From the NCBI GenBank assembly GCA_035699805.1, contig DASSPF010000147.1:143-64142 (forward strand): a stretch of DNA of 64,000 nucleotides, given 5' to 3'. This document shows positions 28,504 through 37,958 of this stretch, piece by piece. Under the pieces are notes generated by a model. The model saw only the letters and a list, made by a program, of their open reading frames with translations. It made no database searches and was not told where the DNA came from. This DNA comes from Candidatus Limnocylindria bacterium (lineage in GTDB: Bacteria > Chloroflexota > Limnocylindria > P2-11E). The first letter of the stretch is position 1; each line of letters begins with the position of its first letter. A program made the position numbers and the translations under genes.

Positions 28504-28600
28504 CCCGCAGAGTCGCGCTGAGACGTTGCTGAGAGAAGGACCGAACGACCCACCTGAGGGGTCCGCATGGCAGGTTCACCTGAGAGGCGATTGAGAGAGG
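28504..28600. promoter_or_regulatory. Divergent promoter region between the OmpR-family regulator gene and the NrfC-like operon, containing five TGAGRG-type direct repeats.
   Basis: 'cTGAGAcg', 'cTGAGAGaagg', 'cTGAGGGg', 'cTGAGAGgcg' and 'tTGAGAGagg' are spaced at roughly 10-25 bp. Confidence 0.35.
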
Positions 28601-28609
28601 CTTCGGGCG

Positions 28610-29305
28610 ATGGTGGCAGAGGAATACCGGGCGCGCGTCCTCGTCGTGGACGACGAGGAAGGCGTCACGAGCGTGATCGAGCGAGCCCTCCAGCGCGAGG
28701 GCTACGACGTGGCCGTCGCGAACGACGCGGTGGCCGCCCGTGAGCAGGTCTCATCCTTCCGGCCCGACGCCCTGGTCCTCGATGTCGTCATGCCGGGTAC
28801 GGACGGAGTCGCCCTCTGCCGCGAGCTCCGCGCCGATCGACCCGATGTCGGCATCCTCATGGTCACCGCGCGCGACGCGGCGAGCGATCAGGTCACCGGG
28901 CTCGACGCCGGCGCGGACGACTACCTCGTCAAGCCCTTCAGCCTCCAGGTCCTTGCCGCGCGCCTGCGCGCGGTGCTGCGGCGGCGCCAGCCGCATGCCG
29001 AAGTGCTCACTGCGGGTGACCTCGAGCTCGACACCGCGAGCCGGCGCGCGAAGCGCGGCACTCGAGAGATCCCCCTCACCGGGACCGAGTACCGCCTCCT
29101 GTCCCACCTCATGCGCGCTGCCGGTCATCCCATCCCCAAGCGCGAGCTGACCCAGCGCGTCTGGGGCTATGACTTCGAGGGGAACGACAACGTCCTCGAG
29201 GTCTACATCGCCTACCTGCGCACGAAGCTGGAGGCCCACGGCGAGGCGCGCATCATCCACACGCTGCGCGGCGTCGGCTACGAGCTCCGTCCGCTCGAGC
29301 CGTGA
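28610..29305 (+). CDS. OmpR/PhoB-family response regulator.
   Basis: REC 'VLVVDDEEGV..LVLDVVMPGTDG' plus a winged-helix 'LTGTEYRLLSHLM...VLEVYIAYLRTKL'. Confidence 0.85.
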   Translation: MVAEEYRARVLVVDDEEGVTSVIERALQREGYDVAVANDAVAAREQVSSFRPDALVLDVVMPGTDGVALCRELRADRPDVGILMVTARDAASDQVTGLDAGADDYLVKPFSLQVLAARLRAVLRRRQPHAEVLTAGDLELDTASRRAKRGTREIPLTGTEYRLLSHLMRAAGHPIPKRELTQRVWGYDFEGNDNVLEVYIAYLRTKLEAHGEARIIHTLRGVGYELRPLEP

Positions 29306-30687
29306 GCCTCCGCCGGCGTCTTGCGATCTGGTACGGCGCGGTCGTCGCGATCGTCCTCGGAGCGTCGCTCACCATCGCGTACGTCCTGCACACCGATGCA
29401 CACGACTCCGATGTCGATCGCGCGTTGTTCGACCTCTCGACGCGCGCGCGGGAGACGGTCACCGCGCAGCTGGCGGGCGGCAGCCTCGACCTGGGCGTAC
29501 TGCATGCCACCATCGACGAGCCATACGGCGTCTGGCTGTTCTCGGGTGAGGCGGTGCTCGCGGCGACAGGGAGATCCGACGACGCGGCCTTTCGCGACGC
29601 GGGGCTCGCCGCGGTGCCCGACGGGTGGCACACCGGCTGGACCGTCGACGGTCGCGTGCGCAGCTACGCCGTCAGCATCCCCGCCGGCCGAGTCGTCACC
29701 GCCGCCGAGCTCTCGGCGATCGACGCGTCGAACGCGGAGCTGCGCTTCACGTACGTGCTGCTCGGGCTCCTGGGCGTCGGCATCGGTAGCGCGCTCGTCT
29801 CATCGGTCGCCGCGAGCGCGCTGCGACCCGTGGCCACGCTCACCGCCATGGCCCGAGAGATCGCGTCCTCACGCGACTTCCGCCGGCGCGTCGCGCTCGC
29901 GGGTGATCCCTATGACGAGCTCGTCGTGCTCGCCCGGACCTTCGACGCGATGCTCGCGAGCCTCGACGACGCCTATCGCCAGCAGCAGCGGTTCCTGAGC
30001 GACGTCTCGCACGAGCTGCGCACCCCCCTGACGGTCATCCGCGGGCATGCCGAGCTGCTCGCCACGAGCGACCGCGACGGGAGCGCTGGCGTCGACGCTG
30101 CCACCCACATCGTTCGCGAGACGGCACGTCTGGCCCGCCTCGTGGACGAGCTGCTCATCCTGGCTCGCTCGCAGGCGGCCGAGTCGTTCGTGGCGCGGGA
30201 GGTGTCGCTCGACGACGTCGTCATGGAGACATTCGACGAGATGCGCCCCCTCGCGGAGGGCCGGCTCCACGTGCGGTGGCTCGAACATGCCGTGGTGGGT
30301 GGGGAGCCGGACCGCCTGAAGCAGGTCGTGCTCGCACTGGTCGACAACGCGCTCCGCTACACGCCCGCCCCCGGACGCGTCGACATCTCGCTGAGCAACG
30401 ACGGCCACGATGCCGTGATCAGGGTCGAGGACGAGGGGATCGGTATCGATGTCGCCGACCTCCCTCGAGTGTTCGACCGCTTCTATCGCGCGGAGGGGGC
30501 GCGCCGGATGAATAGCGCGGGCAGCGGTCTCGGCCTGCCGATCGTGCGCTGGATCGTCGAGCGCCATGGCGGGTCGATCGAGCTTCAAGGCCGCCAGCGT
30601 GCGCGTGGCACCCTCGCGACGGTCCGTCTTCCGCTCGCGGCCACGTCCGCTCCGACGGAGGCGCGCGGCGCGGTCGCGACGCAGTAG
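29302..30687 (+). CDS. Sensor histidine kinase partner of the OmpR regulator.
   Basis: Two TM helices flanking a periplasmic domain, HAMP, the H-box 'SHELRTPLTVIRGHAELL', and the HATPase 'DNALRYTPA..DEGIGI..GSGLGL'. Overlaps the regulator gene by 4 nt. Confidence 0.85.
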   Translation: MSLRRRLAIWYGAVVAIVLGASLTIAYVLHTDAHDSDVDRALFDLSTRARETVTAQLAGGSLDLGVLHATIDEPYGVWLFSGEAVLAATGRSDDAAFRDAGLAAVPDGWHTGWTVDGRVRSYAVSIPAGRVVTAAELSAIDASNAELRFTYVLLGLLGVGIGSALVSSVAASALRPVATLTAMAREIASSRDFRRRVALAGDPYDELVVLARTFDAMLASLDDAYRQQQRFLSDVSHELRTPLTVIRGHAELLATSDRDGSAGVDAATHIVRETARLARLVDELLILARSQAAESFVAREVSLDDVVMETFDEMRPLAEGRLHVRWLEHAVVGGEPDRLKQVVLALVDNALRYTPAPGRVDISLSNDGHDAVIRVEDEGIGIDVADLPRVFDRFYRAEGARRMNSAGSGLGLPIVRWIVERHGGSIELQGRQRARGTLATVRLPLAATSAPTEARGAVATQ

Positions 30688-30731
30688 CATCGTCCCGGCG
30701 TGCACTGCCGTCTGAAGGAGGCGCGACCGTC

Positions 30732-31253
30732 GTGAGCGAGCGGATCGCCATCTATCCCGGGTCGTTCGACCCCCCGACGAACGGACATCTCGACATCGTC
30801 GCCCGGTCGTCGCGGCTGTTCGACCGCGTCGTCGTCGGCGTCGGGCGGAACCTCGCGAAGAAGACCGTGTTCGACGCGGACCGGCGAGTCGCGCTCATGC
30901 GCGAGGCGTGCGGCAAGTGGACCAACGTCGAGGTCCGCACGTTCGACGGCCTCCAGGTGGACTTCGCCAAGGAGTGCGGCGCTTCGTTCATCATCCGTGG
31001 CATCCGCGCCCTCTCCGACTTCGAATTCGAATTCGAGATGGGGAACATGAACCGCACCCTCGCGCCCGGAATCGAGATGGTCTACCTCATGACCGCGCCG
31101 GAATATCTCTTCCTCTCGGCATCACGTGTGAAGGAGCTCGTCGCGTTCGGCGCACCGGTCGACAAGTACGTGCCGGCGAACGTCGCGACGGCGCTGAAGG
31201 CGCACATGGGGCAGGGAGGCCTGCGCACCGGCGCCACCGAATCGAACGATTAG
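30732..31253 (+). CDS. coaD: Phosphopantetheine adenylyltransferase.
   Basis: 'IYPGSFDPPTNGHLDI' is the nucleotidyltransferase HxGH-type motif. Family-typical size. Confidence 0.9.
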   Translation: MSERIAIYPGSFDPPTNGHLDIVARSSRLFDRVVVGVGRNLAKKTVFDADRRVALMREACGKWTNVEVRTFDGLQVDFAKECGASFIIRGIRALSDFEFEFEMGNMNRTLAPGIEMVYLMTAPEYLFLSASRVKELVAFGAPVDKYVPANVATALKAHMGQGGLRTGATESND

Positions 31254-32024
31254 ATGACCAGTCTGCTCGCGGTCGACGTCGGGAACACGAACGTGGTGCT
31301 CGGCGTGTACGAGAACGCGAAGCTGCTGCGGACGTGGCGCCTAGCGACCGTCCACGACCGGACCGAGGACGAGCTCGCCGTATCGCTCGACGGTCTGCTC
31401 GGGCAGGAGGAGCTTTCCCTCAACGAGCTCGACGCGGTCGTGGTGGGCAGCGTGGTGCCGCCGCTCACGCAGGCGTTCACCCGGCTCGCGGAGCGGTACC
31501 TCGAGCGGCCCGCCTTCGTCATCGGCCCAGGGATCAAGACCGGCGTGCGCCTGCGCGTGGACAATCCGGCGGAGGTCGGCGCCGATCGCATCGCGAACAC
31601 GCTCGCGGCGCACCGGCGGTACGGCGGCCCACTGGTCATCGTCGACTTCGGCACGACGACCAACTTCGACGTCGTGTCGGAGGAGGGCGATTTCCTGGGA
31701 GGCTCGTTCGCGCCGGGGCTGGAGGTCTCCGCGGAGTCGCTCTTCGGCCGCGCGTCCAAGCTCTTCCGCGTCTCGCTCACCCCGCCGGCCGCGGCCATCG
31801 GCAAGAACACCGCGGACTGCCTGCGCTCGGGGATCGTCTTCGGCTACGTCGGCCTGGTCGAGGGACTCCTCGCGCGGATCGTCGCGGAGCTCCCGTCCCC
31901 GCCGCGGGTCATCGCCACCGGCGGCCTGGCGGCCACCATCGCGCCGCTGGCGCGTGGCATCGAGAAGGTGGACGAGGACCTCACGCTCGAGGGCCTGCGC
32001 ATGCTCTATGAGCTGAACGCGTGA
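31254..32024 (+). CDS. coaX: Type III pantothenate kinase.
   Basis: 'LLAVDVGNTNVVLGVY' and 'VDFGTTTNFDVV' are the ASKHA motifs of CoaX. Confidence 0.85.
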   Translation: MTSLLAVDVGNTNVVLGVYENAKLLRTWRLATVHDRTEDELAVSLDGLLGQEELSLNELDAVVVGSVVPPLTQAFTRLAERYLERPAFVIGPGIKTGVRLRVDNPAEVGADRIANTLAAHRRYGGPLVIVDFGTTTNFDVVSEEGDFLGGSFAPGLEVSAESLFGRASKLFRVSLTPPAAAIGKNTADCLRSGIVFGYVGLVEGLLARIVAELPSPPRVIATGGLAATIAPLARGIEKVDEDLTLEGLRMLYELNA

Positions 32025-33229
32025 GCGACGCCCTGCGCGACCGCTTCGTGGTGCTCGCGGTCACCGGCTCGATCGCCGCGTACAAGTCGATCGAGCTCGC
32101 GCGGCGCCTGACCCAGGCGGGCGCGACGGTGCAGGTGGTCATGAGCCGGTCGGCCACGGAGTTCGTCCGGCCCCTCACCTTCCAGGCGCTCACGTACCGG
32201 CCGGTCGAGGTGGAAATGTTCCAGATCCAGGACGAGCGCGCCGCCGGTCACGTCGCCATGGGCCGTCAGGCCGACGTCGTGGTGGTCGCGCCGGCGACGG
32301 CGCACGTCCTCGCGCGTCTGGCGAACGGCATGGCCGACGATCTCATCGCGACGACGGTGCTGGCGACCGCAGCGCCGATCATCGTCGCGCCGGCCATGGA
32401 GACGCACATGTGGCAGAACGCGGCGACGCAGGAGAACGTCACACGCCTCCGGAGCCGTGGCGTGCGCGTCGTCGAGCCGGAGTCCGGGCCGCTCGCGTCG
32501 GGCGACGTGGGTCCGGGCCGCCTCGCCTCGCTCGATCGCATCGAGGCGGCGATCGCCGAGGTGTTCGCTGCCTCCGCCGTGCTCGCCGGGCGCAAGGTGA
32601 TCGTGACCGCGGGGCCGACGGTCGAGCCGATCGACCCGGTGCGCTTCGTGTCGAACCGCTCGAGCGGAAAGATGGGCTACGCGATCGCCCAGGCTGCGCG
32701 CGACGCCGGTGCCGAGGTGACGCTCGTCAGCGGGCCGACCGCGCTCGCGGCGCCCAAAGGCATCCGGCTGGTCTCCGTCGAGAGCGCCGAGGACATGAAG
32801 GACATGGTCCTCGCCCTGCTCCCCGGCACCGACGCTGTGGTGATGGCGGCGGCCGTGGCCGACTACCGCCCGCGCGAGACGCAGGTGCGCAAGATCAAGA
32901 AGCGCGATGCCGGCTCCGAGCTGACGGTGCACATGACCGAGAACCCCGATGTCCTGAAGGCCATCGTCGCGGCCCGGCGGCCCGGGACGATCGTCGTCGG
33001 CTTCAAGGCCGAGACCGGCGACGCGACGAAGGAGGCCGAGCGGATGCTGCGCGAAAAGGGCCTCGACCTCGTCGTCGCGAACGACGTGAGCGACGGCTCG
33101 GTCTTTGGCAGCGACACCGATCGGGTCACCTTCGTGAGCGCCGACGGCGCCGAGGCGCTCCCGCTCCTCCTGAAGACCGAGGTCGCGACGCGGCTGGTCG
33201 CGAGGCTCGCGGAGCGTCTGGCGCCCTAG
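32021..33229 (+). CDS. coaBC: Bifunctional phosphopantothenoylcysteine decarboxylase / phosphopantothenate-cysteine ligase.
   Basis: Flavoprotein N-domain 'VLAVTGSIAAYKS', 'PAMETHMW', then the CoaB domain 'VTAGPTVEPIDPVRFVSNRSSGKMG'. Confidence 0.9.
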   Translation: MSDALRDRFVVLAVTGSIAAYKSIELARRLTQAGATVQVVMSRSATEFVRPLTFQALTYRPVEVEMFQIQDERAAGHVAMGRQADVVVVAPATAHVLARLANGMADDLIATTVLATAAPIIVAPAMETHMWQNAATQENVTRLRSRGVRVVEPESGPLASGDVGPGRLASLDRIEAAIAEVFAASAVLAGRKVIVTAGPTVEPIDPVRFVSNRSSGKMGYAIAQAARDAGAEVTLVSGPTALAAPKGIRLVSVESAEDMKDMVLALLPGTDAVVMAAAVADYRPRETQVRKIKKRDAGSELTVHMTENPDVLKAIVAARRPGTIVVGFKAETGDATKEAERMLREKGLDLVVANDVSDGSVFGSDTDRVTFVSADGAEALPLLLKTEVATRLVARLAERLAP

Positions 33230-33263
33230 CGAGAAGGGCGCCCGCACCCGCGGTGTGCAGCGA

Positions 33264-34073
33264 TCAGGGGTCCCGGCTCCAGACCACCTCGTCGTAGAGC
33301 TTTCGGAAGCCCAGTGCGTCCATGTTGTGCGCCGAGGCGGGGCTCTCGGTCTGGCTGAAGAACAGGTGATATCCGCGGTCCCACGCGGTACGGACGCGGT
33401 GGGCGAGCATCGCCTTCTGGAGGCCGTGCCCGCGGAAGGCCGGTCGTACGCTGCCGTTCCCCAGGCCGGCGACCGGCCGGAGGTCCCAGAGCATCCCCGT
33501 CGCCGCCGGCTCGCCGTCGATCCGGCCGAGGAAGGCGTGGACGCCGCGGCGGCGCGACCGGATGAGCGCCTGGACGATCTCGAAGAACATCGGTCCGCGG
33601 TCGGCGAAGCTCTCGGAGCTGGTGCGCGCGTATTCCGCGGCGTGGCTCGGTCCGATCCGCTCGATCGTGAGTCCCAGGGTCGCGTGCGCCGCAGGCGGCC
33701 GGCGACGATCGTAGAGGTAGACGTCCTCACCCCTGCCCGGCACGGGCCGATAGCCACGCCGCTCGAGCAGCCGCAGCGTCGCGGTCGGAACGTGGCCGGT
33801 CGCGATGGCGATGCGCGGGGGCTTGCCGATGCTCGCGTAGTGACGCTCGATCCGTTCGAGCAACGGCGCGCTCGCGTCGGCGATCGTGCCGAACCCGAGC
33901 GCGCGGTTCAGGAATGGCTCGTCGACCCGACGCGCGGCGAGGCAGGTGACGCCGCCGATGCGCCTGGTGGCGTCGCCCGCGGCCCGCGCGAGCCGCGGCG
34001 ACGGCGCCAGGTAGGAGCACACCTCGGCGGCCTCGGTCCGCTGCATGTGGGCCGCCAGCTCGCGCTTGCGCAT
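33264..34073 (-). CDS. GNAT-family acetyltransferase.
   Basis: 'RGHGLQKAMLAHRVRTAWDRGYHLFFSQ' is GNAT motif A/B-like. Confidence 0.55.
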   Translation of the reverse strand: MRKRELAAHMQRTEAAEVCSYLAPSPRLARAAGDATRRIGGVTCLAARRVDEPFLNRALGFGTIADASAPLLERIERHYASIGKPPRIAIATGHVPTATLRLLERRGYRPVPGRGEDVYLYDRRRPPAAHATLGLTIERIGPSHAAEYARTSSESFADRGPMFFEIVQALIRSRRRGVHAFLGRIDGEPAATGMLWDLRPVAGLGNGSVRPAFRGHGLQKAMLAHRVRTAWDRGYHLFFSQTESPASAHNMDALGFRKLYDEVVWSRDP

Positions 34074-34148
34074 CGCGCTGGGACTCTAGCGCGGTACGAT
34101 GTGCGCATTCGCCGGGACCGAGGGATCGGCCTGGACGGAGGTGTCGCG

Positions 34149-35069
34149 ATGACCGACAAGATCGAGCGTCCCGCGGACGCATCCCCCTATGGTGGCGCGT
34201 CGGCTGCCCCGCCGAAGAAGGTCACCGTCCCCGATGTCGTCGCCATGAAGCGCGACGGCCGGCGCATCACGATGATGACCGCGTACGACGCGGCCTTCGC
34301 GCGGCTGGTCGATCAGGCGGGCATCGACGTCCTGCTGGTCGGCGACTCCGCCGGCATGGTCGTGCTCGGCCACCCGAACACCGTCCCGGTGACGATGGAC
34401 GACATGGTCCGCATGGCCGCCGCGGTCTCGCGCGGCGCGTCGCGCCCGCTGCTCGTCGGCGACATGCCCTTCGGCTCGTACCAGCCCGGTCCGCAGGACG
34501 CGCTGCGCAACGCCGCGCGGTTCCTCAAGGAGGCGGGCATGGACGCGGTGAAGATCGAGGGTGGTCACGAGACCGTCGAGACCGTGCGCACGCTCGTGGA
34601 GAACGGCATCGCGGTCATGGCGCACGTCGGGCTCACGCCGCAGCGCGTGGCGCAGCTCGGTGGGTTCAAGACCCAGGCGCGCAGCGCCCGCGCCGCTCGT
34701 CGGCTCATCGAGGCCGCATTGGCTCTCGAGGACGCCGGTGCGTTCTCCATCGTGCTCGAGTCCATCCCCGCGCCGGTCGCGGCGATGGTCACGGAGCGTC
34801 TGGCGATCCCGACCATCGGTATCGGTGCGGGGCTGGCCTGCGACGGCCAGGTGCTCGTCCTGCACGACGTGCTCGGCCTGTACGGCGACTTCAAGCCGAA
34901 GTTCGCCAAGCGCTACGCGGACCTCGGTGCCGCGGTGGTCGAGGCGCTGCGGACGTTCGACGCCGAGGTGCGCAGCGGCGCGTTCCCCGACGACGACCAC
35001 AGCTTCACCATGAAGGAGTCGGAGCTGGACGCGCTGAAGCAGGGGCTGGCGCGCCCCAAGGCGGTCTGA
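34149..35069 (+). CDS. panB: 3-methyl-2-oxobutanoate hydroxymethyltransferase (ketopantoate hydroxymethyltransferase).
   Basis: 'ITMMTAYDAAFARLVDQAGIDVLLVGDSAGMVVLGH' and 'AVKIEGG' are conserved PanB cores. The start ATG at 34149 was chosen over the long ORF. Confidence 0.9.
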   Translation: MTDKIERPADASPYGGASAAPPKKVTVPDVVAMKRDGRRITMMTAYDAAFARLVDQAGIDVLLVGDSAGMVVLGHPNTVPVTMDDMVRMAAAVSRGASRPLLVGDMPFGSYQPGPQDALRNAARFLKEAGMDAVKIEGGHETVETVRTLVENGIAVMAHVGLTPQRVAQLGGFKTQARSARAARRLIEAALALEDAGAFSIVLESIPAPVAAMVTERLAIPTIGIGAGLACDGQVLVLHDVLGLYGDFKPKFAKRYADLGAAVVEALRTFDAEVRSGAFPDDDHSFTMKESELDALKQGLARPKAV

Positions 35070-35909
35070 GTGCCGCCGATGAGGGTCGCCATCATCGGCC
35101 ATGGCGCGATCGGTCACGTTGTGGAGCGGGCGCTGGCCGGTCGCGCCGACATCGTGGCCATCGATCGCACGCACGCACCGCTCGCCGCCGCGACCGCGCC
35201 GGTCGATGCGGCCGTCGTCTGTGTGAAGACGCACGGCACGGCCTGGGCTGCCGATGTCGCGCGGCGCGTGCTCGCGCCGGACGGCGTCGCCGTGACCATC
35301 CAGAACGGACTGGGCAACTACGAGGCGCTCCGCGACGCCGTCGGCGCTGATCGCGCGGCCGTCGGCGTCATTTACGTGGGTGCTCGCCTGGACGACACCC
35401 GCGCGCTCCACGCGACCGGTCCCGGCAGGGTCGAGCTCGGCCGTCCGCGCGCCACTGCGTCGCGCCGCGCGCTCGACGCGCTCGCTCGCGCGCTGGGCGA
35501 CGGCGGCATGACGGTGCGCGTCGTGGACGACGCATGGCCGGCGGTCTGGCGGAAGGTCGCGACGAACGCCGCGGTGAACCCGACCAGCGCGCTCCTCGGG
35601 GTGGTGAACGCCGCGCTCCTCGCCGATCCGGTGGCGTCGCGCATCGCCGATCGCCTCGCGCGAGAGGTGGCGCGCGTGGCGACGGCCTGCGGCGTCGCGC
35701 TCGCGGAGGACGACGCGGTGGGCTGGTGGCGCGAGATGGCCCAGCTCACCGGGCCGAACAAGAGTTCCATGCTCCAGGACGTCGAAGCCGGACGGGCGAC
35801 CGAGGTCGACGCGATCTGCGGCGCGGTGTTCCGCGAGGGCGCGCGTCGCGGCGTCGACGCGGCGCTCAATCAGGCGATGACCGTGCTCGTCCCCGCGCTC
35901 CACTCCTGA
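35070..35909 (+). CDS. panE: 2-dehydropantoate 2-reductase (ketopantoate reductase, ApbA/PanE family).
   Basis: N-terminal Rossmann 'VAIIGHGAIG' and C-terminal 'SSMLQDVEAGRATEVDAICG', typical of ApbA/PanE. Confidence 0.75.
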   Translation: MPPMRVAIIGHGAIGHVVERALAGRADIVAIDRTHAPLAAATAPVDAAVVCVKTHGTAWAADVARRVLAPDGVAVTIQNGLGNYEALRDAVGADRAAVGVIYVGARLDDTRALHATGPGRVELGRPRATASRRALDALARALGDGGMTVRVVDDAWPAVWRKVATNAAVNPTSALLGVVNAALLADPVASRIADRLAREVARVATACGVALAEDDAVGWWREMAQLTGPNKSSMLQDVEAGRATEVDAICGAVFREGARRGVDAALNQAMTVLVPALHS

Positions 35910-35940
35910 GCGACGGAGCTCTGCGCTCTGCTGAGCTTCC

Positions 35941-37113
35941 CTAGGTCGCCGGGACCGCCGGGCGCGCGGTGCGGCCGACGGCGATGAGCGCGAGCGTCGA
36001 GAGCGCGACGAAGGCGAGCGCGAGACCGGCGAAGGTCGGGCCGAGCCCGGCCACCTCGGCCACGGCCCCGAACACCGGCGCCGCCACGCCGCCCACGGGC
36101 TGATTCACCAGGTAATAGGTCCCGAGGATCGTGGAGCGCTTCGCAGCGGGTGCGCTGTCCACCACGAGCACCTCGGTCGTCGTCATGCGCATGGCCTGAC
36201 CGATGCCCAGCACGAAGAGCGGGACGACGATCCACCAGTCCGGCGCCACGGTGAGCGCCCAGGCCGCCGGACCCATGAGCACCAGGCCCGCGAGCAGCAC
36301 GCGCGGACGGCCGAAGCGGTCCGAGAGGGTGCCGCCGAGCGGCGCGCCCACCAGACCCGCGGCCTGGGGCAGGCCATACAGTGCGGCCGCGATGACCGGT
36401 GAGAAGCCGCGCGCATCGACGAGGTAGAGGGTGAGGTAGGCGAACGCCGCCGAGAGCAGCACCTGCGCGACGATCGAGAAGAGGACGAGCGGCCCGATGG
36501 CACGGGCCACGGCCGCGACGTCGCTGAAGGTCGCGAGCCAGCTGTGACGCTCGGTCGCGCGTGTCCCCCGTGGCGCCACGCGCCAGACCAGCACCGCGCA
36601 CAGCAGCGGCGCGATCGCGAAGAGGAGGTAGGGGGAGCGCCACGACGAGGCCGACGCGAACGCGCCGGCGAGGAGCGGCACCACGAAGAACGAGAGGTGG
36701 CCGGCCGTCGTGTGCGTCCCCATGGCGATGCCGCGCCGCTCGCGCCCGAACACCTCGGCGATGAGCGCCGACGCCGGCGCGTGATACGTGCCGCTCGCGA
36801 CGCCCATGACGAGGAGGAACAGCACGAGCTGCCAGTACGTGTTGGCGAGGCCGATCGCGACGCTCGAGAGCGCGATGAGGACGAGGCCCCACACGATGAC
36901 GCGGCGCGCTCCCAGACGGTCGGCGACGATGCCGAGCGGTGCGTTGGTCACACCCGACGCGACGGTGAACGCGCTCACGGCGAATCCGGCCTCGAGGTAG
37001 GACAGGCCGAACGAGCTGCGGATGAACGGCAGCAGGGCGCTGAAGATGCTGTTGGTCACGTGGTGCGCGAAGTGCGCGACGGCGAACGCCGCCAGCAGCC
37101 GGCCGCGACTCAC
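35941..37113 (-). CDS. MFS transporter (12 TM).
   Basis: Hydrophobic repeats with the MFS motif 'GIVADRLGARRV'. GTG start, overlapping the panC stop by 4 nt. Confidence 0.75.
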   Translation of the reverse strand: MSRGRLLAAFAVAHFAHHVTNSIFSALLPFIRSSFGLSYLEAGFAVSAFTVASGVTNAPLGIVADRLGARRVIVWGLVLIALSSVAIGLANTYWQLVLFLLVMGVASGTYHAPASALIAEVFGRERRGIAMGTHTTAGHLSFFVVPLLAGAFASASSWRSPYLLFAIAPLLCAVLVWRVAPRGTRATERHSWLATFSDVAAVARAIGPLVLFSIVAQVLLSAAFAYLTLYLVDARGFSPVIAAALYGLPQAAGLVGAPLGGTLSDRFGRPRVLLAGLVLMGPAAWALTVAPDWWIVVPLFVLGIGQAMRMTTTEVLVVDSAPAAKRSTILGTYYLVNQPVGGVAAPVFGAVAEVAGLGPTFAGLALAFVALSTLALIAVGRTARPAVPAT

Positions 37114-37958
37114 GAGAGCTCGCTCACGTCCATACCCAGGAGGACATTGTCGATGAGGCGCGCCGGACCCACACGCGCCGCGAGCGAGAGGACGGCGCGC
37201 TCAGCGGGCCGCTCCAGCTCGGCGAGAGTGAGCGGGTCGGCGGCTGAGGCGTACTCGAGCGCGACCTGAGGACCGGACGCCGTCTCGCGCATCGCGGCGC
37301 GCAGGCGCTCGGGATCGCGCACTCCGCTGTCCCAGAGCGCGCGCGCCGCCGCGAGAGCGCGTGACAGGGCCAGCGCGTCGCGGCGCTGGCCGGCGTCGAG
37401 GTAGGCGTTGCGCGAGGACATCGCAAGACCGTCCGGGTCGCGGACGATCGGGCAGCCCACGATGCGCGGACCGAGGTGGAGGTCGCGCGCCACGGTCTGC
37501 AGCACGCGCAGCTGCTGGAAGTCCTTCTGGCCGAAGTACGCGACGTCGGGGGTCGTGATCGCGAGCAGCTTGGTGACCACGGTGGCGACGCCGATGAAGT
37601 GCCCGGGGCGCGCTGCACCCTCCAGCGGCGCCGCGATGGGGCCGGGATGCACCCGCGCCGCGTCACCCGGCGGGTACATCTCCTCCGCGGTCGGGACGAA
37701 GACCGCGGCGCAGCCGCTCCGCTCGAGCATGTCGAGGTCGGCCGCCTCGCGCCGCGGGTACGCGGCGAAGTCCTCGTGCGGCGCGAACTGGGTCGGGTTC
37801 ACGAAGATCGTGGCGACGGCATGGTCGTTCTCCTGGACCGCGCGCGCGACGAGCGACAGATGGCCGGCGTGCAGCGCTCCCATCGTCGGCACCAGGCCGA
37901 CCGTGCCACCGGCGCGGCGCCAGGCGCGCATCTCGGCGACGGTGCGCGCGACCTTCAC
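37110..37958 (-). CDS. panC: Pantoate--beta-alanine ligase (pantothenate synthetase).
   Basis: 'GLVPTMGALHAGHLSLV' HIGH-type motif and 'FGQKDFQQ' are PanC signatures. Confidence 0.9.
   Translation of the reverse strand: MKVARTVAEMRAWRRAGGTVGLVPTMGALHAGHLSLVARAVQENDHAVATIFVNPTQFAPHEDFAAYPRREAADLDMLERSGCAAVFVPTAEEMYPPGDAARVHPGPIAAPLEGAARPGHFIGVATVVTKLLAITTPDVAYFGQKDFQQLRVLQTVARDLHLGPRIVGCPIVRDPDGLAMSSRNAYLDAGQRRDALALSRALAAARALWDSGVRDPERLRAAMRETASGPQVALEYASAADPLTLAELERPAERAVLSLAARVGPARLIDNVLLGMDVSELS

Noticed and set aside
32006-33757. 583-aa minus-strand ORF antisense to coaBC, and ORF 34086-35903 (minus) antisense to panB and panE.
   Set aside because: Antisense to highly conserved biosynthetic genes, with an Arg-rich composition.
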